A stretch of DNA of 64,000 nucleotides from positions 1,088,001-1,152,000 of the forward strand of contig OY968762.1 of NCBI GenBank assembly GCA_963695225.1, given 5' to 3'. The translations under genes were made by a program, and so were the position numbers. The DNA is from Vulcanimicrobiota bacterium. Lineage in GTDB: Bacteria > Vulcanimicrobiota > Vulcanimicrobiia > Vulcanimicrobiales > Vulcanimicrobiaceae. Of the stretch, positions 58,287 to 64,000 are shown piece after piece (positions within the stretch are counted from its first letter, which is position 1; each line of letters starts with the position of its first letter). Under the pieces are notes generated by a model that was not told the origin of the DNA, made no database searches, and saw only the letters and a list, made by a program, of their open reading frames with translations.

Positions 58287-59110
58287 TGAGCCGGTTCGGG
58301 GGCGGGGAGCGAGCGTTCTGCGATGACCTCGGCCGGGCCGGTCAAATAGGCTTGATCGCCGGGGACGAGTTCGACTTCGAGGTCTCCGCCGGGGACGTGC
58401 ACGAGTGCCGGCGTCGTGAGACCCTGCCGCGCGGCAGCCGCGGCGACGCAGGCGACGGCGCCCGTACCGCAGGCTTGCGTGATCCCCACGCCGCGTTCGT
58501 AATGACGCACGCGCAGTTCGGCGGGGCCGAGCACCGTCGCGAGATGCACGTTCGTCCCGCCCGGAAACGCCGCGTGCGTCGAAAGCGCGGCGCCGAGCGC
58601 TTCGAGCTCGATCGCGTCGACGTCGTCGACGAAGAGCACGACGTGCGGGTTGCCGACGGAGACGGCGTCGTACGTCCAGGTTCCGCCGAGCGCCTCGACC
58701 GTGCGCGGCACCTCGTTCAAGACGCGCGCGGGGCCCATGCCCGTGCGAACGCGGTACGGATCGCGCGAGACGATCGCGATCGAGATCGGCCCGGCGAGCG
58801 TCGCAATCGTGAAAAGTTCTCCCGCGCCGCGCTCGGCGAGATACCGGGCGACGCAGCGCACTCCGTTTCCGCACATCTCCGGCTCGCTGCCGTCCGCGTT
58901 GAAGACGCGCATCTCCGCCGCGGCACCGGGCGCAGCGCCGATCACGAGCAGGCCGTCCGTTCCCGCGCCCGTGCGCGCATCGCACCATTCCCGCGCGAGC
59001 TCCGCGTAATCGGCGCGCGGCTGCGCGCGCCCGTCGAGGACGACGAAGCTGTTGTGCGCGCCGTGCATCAGCGTGACGGGAAGCAGAGCGGTCGCGGCAG
59101 GTGCGCTCAC
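58265..59110 (-). CDS. dapF: Diaminopimelate epimerase
   Basis: NADGSEPEMCGNG, GNPH and ERGVGITQACGTGA. Confidence 0.95.
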   Translation of the reverse strand: MSAPAATALLPVTLMHGAHNSFVVLDGRAQPRADYAELAREWCDARTGAGTDGLLVIGAAPGAAAEMRVFNADGSEPEMCGNGVRCVARYLAERGAGELFTIATLAGPISIAIVSRDPYRVRTGMGPARVLNEVPRTVEALGGTWTYDAVSVGNPHVVLFVDDVDAIELEALGAALSTHAAFPGGTNVHLATVLGPAELRVRHYERGVGITQACGTGAVACVAAAAARQGLTTPALVHVPGGDLEVELVPGDQAYLTGPAEVIAERSLPAPEPAHPSTGSR

Positions 59111-59355
59111 GGAGTTGCCTCGGCGGCTGCCGGCTCGACGTTGAACGTCAGCGGCCCTTGCGGCGAAATCGTGGAGACGGCGTGCTTGTAGATCAAATGC
59201 ACTTTATGTTCGTATTCCAACAGGACCGTGAACGCATCGAAGGCCTTGACCATCCCGCGCAGCTGGAAACCGTTGACGAGATAGACCGTCACCGGAACCG
59301 CCTGCCGCCGGATCTCGGCAAGATACTGATCCTGGATCGCCGGTGCGCGCAACAT
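59107..59355 (-). CDS. hfq: RNA chaperone Hfq
   Basis: QDQYL..VTVYLVNGFQLRG..FD.F..LIYKHAVST. Confidence 0.95.
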   Translation of the reverse strand: MLRAPAIQDQYLAEIRRQAVPVTVYLVNGFQLRGMVKAFDAFTVLLEYEHKVHLIYKHAVSTISPQGPLTFNVEPAAAEATP

Positions 59356-59367
59356 GATCTTCGCGCA

Positions 59368-60285
59368 TTAGGCTCGCGCAAGGGATTCCCTCGCCAGCGC
59401 CTCGAGGTCCCGCTCGGCATCGGCGGCCGCAACGCGCACGAGGCCGGGTTCCTTCGCAAACCAGGTCCGCTGACGTTTCGCATAGCGCCGCGTCGCGCGC
59501 AGCAGCGCGGCGCGCAGCTCCGGCTCACTCGACCAGCCTGCCAAGTAGGCGAATGCTTGGGGATAGCCGACCGCGTCGGCGGCGACCGCGCCCGGGCCGA
59601 TCCGCTCCGCCTCTTCGAGGAAGCCGCCCGCCAGCATCCGCTCGACTCGCGCGGCGATACGTCGCTCGAGTTCCGCCTCGCCGATCTCCAGCCACGCTTT
59701 CACAAACGGAATCCCGAGGCTGCGCAGCGAGCGCGCCGGTAGCGCCGTCTCGGCCGCGGGCACGGCCCGCTCCGCGAGCGCGACTTCGAGCGCGCGCGTG
59801 ATGCGATACGGATCGTTCGGGGAGATCGCCGCGGCGCGCAGCGGCGCGAGCGCCGCGAGCCAGGCGTGCAGCACCGGGACCGGATGGAGCCGCGCCTCCG
59901 CCGCCAGGCGCGCGCGCAGCGCGCTATCGTGCACGCCGGCGAGCGCGACGTCGCCGCAGAGCGCCCGAACGTAGAATCCCGTCCCGCCGACGACGAGCGC
60001 CATTCGGCCGCGCGCGTGAATCGCGGCGATCGCCGCGAGCGCATCCTCGACGAAGCGTGCGGCCGAATAGCGCTCGTGCGGATCGAGGAAACCGACGAGA
60101 TGGTGCGGCGCGCGGGCGCGCTCCCCCGCATCCGGCGCGGCCGTTCCGATCTGCATGCCCGCGTAGACTTGGCGCGAATCCGCGCCGACGATCTCGGCGT
60201 CGAGCCGCTCCGCCAGGCGAAGCGCGACCTGCGTCTTTCCGCTCGCGGTCGGGCCGCTCACAATCAGCACCGAGCCTCGTTCCAT
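59368..60285 (-). CDS. miaA: tRNA dimethylallyltransferase
   Basis: GPTASGKT, DSRQVY, GGTGFY and YAKRQRTWF. Confidence 0.95.
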   Translation of the reverse strand: MERGSVLIVSGPTASGKTQVALRLAERLDAEIVGADSRQVYAGMQIGTAAPDAGERARAPHHLVGFLDPHERYSAARFVEDALAAIAAIHARGRMALVVGGTGFYVRALCGDVALAGVHDSALRARLAAEARLHPVPVLHAWLAALAPLRAAAISPNDPYRITRALEVALAERAVPAAETALPARSLRSLGIPFVKAWLEIGEAELERRIAARVERMLAGGFLEEAERIGPGAVAADAVGYPQAFAYLAGWSSEPELRAALLRATRRYAKRQRTWFAKEPGLVRVAAADAERDLEALARESLARA

Positions 60286-60341
60286 CGGCGAGGAGCCTTC
60301 GTTCTCAGTCCGTTCTAAGCCTCGGGAGCGATGCTTCCGAA

Positions 60342-60656
60342 ATGTACGAACTCAAAAACGATGCGGATCCGGGAGTCGTGCTGATCAACGCGATCGGCGA
60401 TCTCGACTTGATTCTCTCCTCCGACATCTCGAGTGCGCTGCGCGGCTCCACCGAACCGTTCGCCGTCGTCGATCTCGGCGCGTTGCGCACGATCTTCGAC
60501 GACGGACGCGCGGCGCTCGATCAAACGATCGTCGAACTGCGCCTGCGCGGCCGCTCCGTCCACGTGCTCGAACCTCGCTTGCGGCGCGGCGCGAAGCGAC
60601 GCCGCAGCCCGCTCGCGCCTTCACGCATCATCATCCTCGCACACCGTCTGCGCTAG
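60342..60656 (+). CDS. STAS-like small protein
   Basis: GDLD..VVDLGALRTIFDDG pattern, similar to anti-sigma antagonists. Confidence 0.5.
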   Translation: MYELKNDADPGVVLINAIGDLDLILSSDISSALRGSTEPFAVVDLGALRTIFDDGRAALDQTIVELRLRGRSVHVLEPRLRRGAKRRRSPLAPSRIIILAHRLR

Positions 60657-60660
60657 GCGC

Positions 60661-62193
60661 CTACGCCTTCTTCGCGATCGCGGGCGCGCGCTCGGCGTCA
60701 CTCGATTTCGCGCGCACATCGCCGAGCGGCAGCTCGATGCGGAACGTGCTCCCTTCGCCGACGCGACTCTCGAGCGCGAGCGTCCCGCCCGCGCGCTCGA
60801 CGGCGCGTTTGGCGATCGCGAGCCCGAGGCCGAACCCTTGCGTCTCGCCGCGGCTCTCCCCGCGGTAGAAGCGGTCGAAGATGCGAGCCTGCTCTTCGAC
60901 GGATATCCCCGGCCCGCGGTCGCTCACTTCGACGACCGCCTCGCGCGGGCGCGCCGCGATGCGGACCACGACGGGTGACGGCGCCGCGTACTTCAACGCG
61001 TTCTCGACGAGATTCGCGATCGCTTCGCGCAGTTCGCCGACGGAGCCCTTGACGACGGGCCGGGCCTCGATGCGGACCTCGAGCGGACGCCCGGGATACA
61101 CGGCCTCGAGCGTCGCGCAGATCTCCGAACAGAGCTGCGCCAGCTCGACGGATTGCGCGTCGTCGGCCTGCACGTTCTCGAGGCGCGCGAGTTCGACGAG
61201 CTTGTCGATCAGCGTTTGCATGCGGCGGCTTTCGAGGCGCATCGTTTCGTAGATGCGCGGCGACATGCCGCTCTCCGATCCGCCGATGCGCCGCCACAGC
61301 ACGTCGATGAAGCCCATGATCACCGTGAGCGGCGTGCGCAGTTCGTGCCCCGCGTCGGCGATGAAGTGGCGCATCTGCGCTTCGGCGGCGCTACGCTCTT
61401 CAAAGGCGCGCCCGACTTCGGCGACGGCACCGTTATAGGCGAGGACGAGCTCGTTGAATTCTCCGCGTTCGGCGAGCGGGACGGGGCGCGGCGTCAGATC
61501 GCCGTCGGCGAAGCGCTGTAGCGCCGCGGTCGTCGCGACGAGCGGCACGAGCGCTTGGTTCGCGATGTAGCTCCCGAACAAGAACGCCGCGAAGATCGCT
61601 ACGATGCCGATCGGCACGAACGCGAGACCGATCGCGACGGCCGCATCGGCGAGCAGCCGCGGATCGAACACGATGAGGATCTCGCCGCCCGGGATCGCGA
61701 CGCGTTGCACGTGCGGGCGCATCAGCGAGGCGAACGGCGGCAAGCCGGGCGGCGCTCCGCCGTTCCACTGCGCGCCGCCGTCCGACGGCGGCGCGGGGGC
61801 TCCGCCGAACGTCCCAAGGCCGCGAGCGCCCGGGACGGGCGCAGGCCCGATCGTGGGCGGGCGCGGCGCGGCGGCGAGCCGTTCGCCGCCGGGTCCGACG
61901 CCGGCGATCAGCCGATGCCCCTCGCCGCGTTCCTCGATGACGGCGACGCGCAAACCAGGGCGTGCGAGCGCGCGCGCGATCGCCGGTGCGGCCTCTTGCA
62001 GCGTGCGGTCGCGGCGGTAGAGGCGCGCGATTTCAGGCGCGCTGCGCGCGACGGATTTGAGCGTTTCGTCGGCGGCGCGCGCGGAGGCCCACACGGAGAT
62101 GGCCGTCACCGAAGCGCCGACGACCACGACGAGCACGGCGGCGGCGATGACGTAGAGCGCGATCAAGCGCCCGCGCAGCGAACGGAACATCAC
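60661..62193 (-). CDS. HAMP-domain sensor histidine kinase
   Basis: 2 TM, DAGHELRTPL, NLVENALKY, DRGPG and GLGLAI. Confidence 0.93.
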   Translation of the reverse strand: MMFRSLRGRLIALYVIAAAVLVVVVGASVTAISVWASARAADETLKSVARSAPEIARLYRRDRTLQEAAPAIARALARPGLRVAVIEERGEGHRLIAGVGPGGERLAAAPRPPTIGPAPVPGARGLGTFGGAPAPPSDGGAQWNGGAPPGLPPFASLMRPHVQRVAIPGGEILIVFDPRLLADAAVAIGLAFVPIGIVAIFAAFLFGSYIANQALVPLVATTAALQRFADGDLTPRPVPLAERGEFNELVLAYNGAVAEVGRAFEERSAAEAQMRHFIADAGHELRTPLTVIMGFIDVLWRRIGGSESGMSPRIYETMRLESRRMQTLIDKLVELARLENVQADDAQSVELAQLCSEICATLEAVYPGRPLEVRIEARPVVKGSVGELREAIANLVENALKYAAPSPVVVRIAARPREAVVEVSDRGPGISVEEQARIFDRFYRGESRGETQGFGLGLAIAKRAVERAGGTLALESRVGEGSTFRIELPLGDVRAKSSDAERAPAIAKKA

Positions 62194-62870
62194 GTATCGC
62201 GCAGCGAGTAGCCGGCTCCGCGGTGCGTGTGGATCAAGCGCCGTTCGAAGCCGTGATCGAGCTTCGCGCGCAGGTACGAGATGTACGTTTCGACGGTCCC
62301 CTGTCCGACGATGCGCTCGTTCCCCCACACGCGGTCGAGCAGTTCGTCGCGCGTGAAGACGCGGCGCGGATAGCGCATCAGCGCGACGAGCAGATCGAAT
62401 TCGCGCGCGGAGAGGTCGATGGAGCGCCCGGCCCGCGCGACCATGCGCGTCTCGGTATCGACCTCGAGATCGGCGACGGAGAGCGTGGTGCGCCGCGCCA
62501 ACGTGGGGCGGCGCAGCGCAGCTTCGATGCGCGCCGCCAACTCCGCGATATCGAACGGCTTGGGTACGTAATCGTCGGCGCCCGCACCGAGCGCTTCGAT
62601 ACGGTCGGGGACCTGGTTCTTCGCCGTCAACATCAGGATCGGCGCTTCCGTCAGCTTGCGCAACATCGGCAGGAGCGTCACGCCGTCGACCTTCGGCATC
62701 ATCCAATCGAGCACGATCGCGTGCGGATCCCACTCGCGGACGGCGTGCAGCGCCGCTTGGCCGTCCGGAACGGAGCGCACGTCGAAGCCTTCGTCGCCGA
62801 GCCCGATCTCGAGCAGGCTTCGCACGTTGCGCTCGTCGTCCACGATCAGCACGCGGCGCGCCCCGCTCAT
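62190..62870 (-). CDS. OmpR family response regulator
   Basis: LIVDDE, LDWMMP, GADDYVPKPF and a winged helix YISYLRAKL. Confidence 0.93.
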   Translation of the reverse strand: MSGARRVLIVDDERNVRSLLEIGLGDEGFDVRSVPDGQAALHAVREWDPHAIVLDWMMPKVDGVTLLPMLRKLTEAPILMLTAKNQVPDRIEALGAGADDYVPKPFDIAELAARIEAALRRPTLARRTTLSVADLEVDTETRMVARAGRSIDLSAREFDLLVALMRYPRRVFTRDELLDRVWGNERIVGQGTVETYISYLRAKLDHGFERRLIHTHRGAGYSLRDT

Positions 62871-63050
62871 GCCCGTCTCACCCTCAGCATGGTTACGCAA
62901 GTTCGGCACTCGCCCGCCCGCGGGCTCCCGGCCGGCCGGAGCAATTTCGAGCGCGGCGGGGGGCGCGACGCGCGCCCGAGGAGATGAAAGCGATCGGCGG
63001 CATGGCGCCTACAGCATCCGCCCGGGGCCTCGGATGAGGCTGAGAGGCCG

Positions 63051-64000
63051 TTAGAGGCGCTTGAACATCCGCGCGATCTCGGCGGGTTCCAACCGCACGA
63101 CCGTCGGACGGCCGTGCGGGCAATGCATCGGATTACGGCAGCGTTCGAGGCGCAGGAGCAGGTCCGCCATCTCGGCGGGCTCGAGGCGTTCGCCGAAACG
63201 GACGACGGAATGGCAAGCGAGCGAAGCCCAGATGCGCTCACGCGGGCCGAGGCCGCGGACGTCGTCGCCGAGGCATTCCAGGAAATCGACCGGATCGAAG
63301 GGGCGGCGCCGGTTCGTCCCGGCGAGCAGGTAGCCCGCGGGCGTCGCGTCGATCCGGTAGGCGCGCTCGCCGAAGCGCTCGATGCCGAGCCCGGCCGCGC
63401 GCAATTCGTCGAGCGCGCCTGCGATCGCCGCGTCTTGCGCGCCGCTCACTTCGAAATCGTAGGGGACGAGGAGCGGTTCGCTCGGTTCGCGCGCTTCCGC
63501 GTTCGCCGCGAAGCGTTCGAAGACGACGCGCTCGTGCGCCGCATGCTGATCGACGAGAACGAGAGCGCGCCCGTCCGTCGCGAGGATGTACGACGCATCG
63601 ATCTGCGCGAGCACGCGCAAGACGGGGGCCCGCTCGAGCGAGAGCGCCGCCTGCACGGCTTCCGTCCGTGCCGGGGCAAACGCCGATTCGGCAGTGCCCC
63701 CCGGACCGAGCGAGACCGCCTCGGCGAAGCGTTCGCGGACGCTCGCGTCGAAGCGTTCGCGCGCGCCCGCGTCGAGCGTGGCGGCGAGCGTGTGCCGCAC
63801 GACCGTGCTCACGTGATCGGCGTAGCGCAAGCGGACGTCGCTCTTCGTCGGATGGACGTTCGGATCGACCGAACTCGGCGCGACGTCGACGAACAGCACG
63901 CCGTACGGCTGCCGCCCGACCATCGCATACGTGCTGTACGCGGCGCTCCACGCGCCGGCGAAGAGCGAGCTGCGCAGCAGGCGATCGTTGACGAACAGGA
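63051..64000 (-). CDS. mutL: DNA mismatch repair endonuclease MutL, C-terminal part (truncated by window)
   Basis: VDPNVHPTK, DQHAAHER, ACH and CPHGRP. Confidence 0.95.
   Translation of the reverse strand, partial: LFVNDRLLRSSLFAGAWSAAYSTYAMVGRQPYGVLFVDVAPSSVDPNVHPTKSDVRLRYADHVSTVVRHTLAATLDAGARERFDASVRERFAEAVSLGPGGTAESAFAPARTEAVQAALSLERAPVLRVLAQIDASYILATDGRALVLVDQHAAHERVVFERFAANAEAREPSEPLLVPYDFEVSGAQDAAIAGALDELRAAGLGIERFGERAYRIDATPAGYLLAGTNRRRPFDPVDFLECLGDDVRGLGPRERIWASLACHSVVRFGERLEPAEMADLLLRLERCRNPMHCPHGRPTVVRLEPAEIARMFKRL

Overview
GC-rich bacterial chromosomal window, tentatively Ca. Eremiobacterota/Vulcanimicrobiota-like (inferred from the gene mix: hfq, Terrabacteria-type core genes, outer-membrane-type proteins, cbbP, cyclase-STAND protein). 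The right end (49-64 kb) is core genome: tmRNA, surE, uvrC, dedA, tRNA-Pro, trkA pair, ppk2, dapF-hfq-miaA, a two-component pair and partial mutL. The rest is largely accessory. It holds a ~10 kb arsenic locus (arsR-acr3-arsN/arsC fusion-arsM-gapdh-arsJ, moaA, aioBA, second arsR) and a phosphoribulokinase gene behind an FBPase homolog with a degenerate active site. The best candidate for an undescribed system is a TIR-degenerate cyclase-STAND-TPR protein (44010-47228) near a co-oriented SLOG + multi-TM (SLATT-like) effector (40603-42222), a possible Thoeris-like defence module. Other notable signals: several conserved genes (infA, purU, uvrC, dedA) whose best-placed start codons look non-canonical, three overlapping an upstream stop codon; a leaderless 20-aa Cys peptide followed by a terminator; a MITE/REP-like folded element; and a TetR with a transposase-like N-terminal domain. 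All calls come from motif recognition by eye; no database searches were run.
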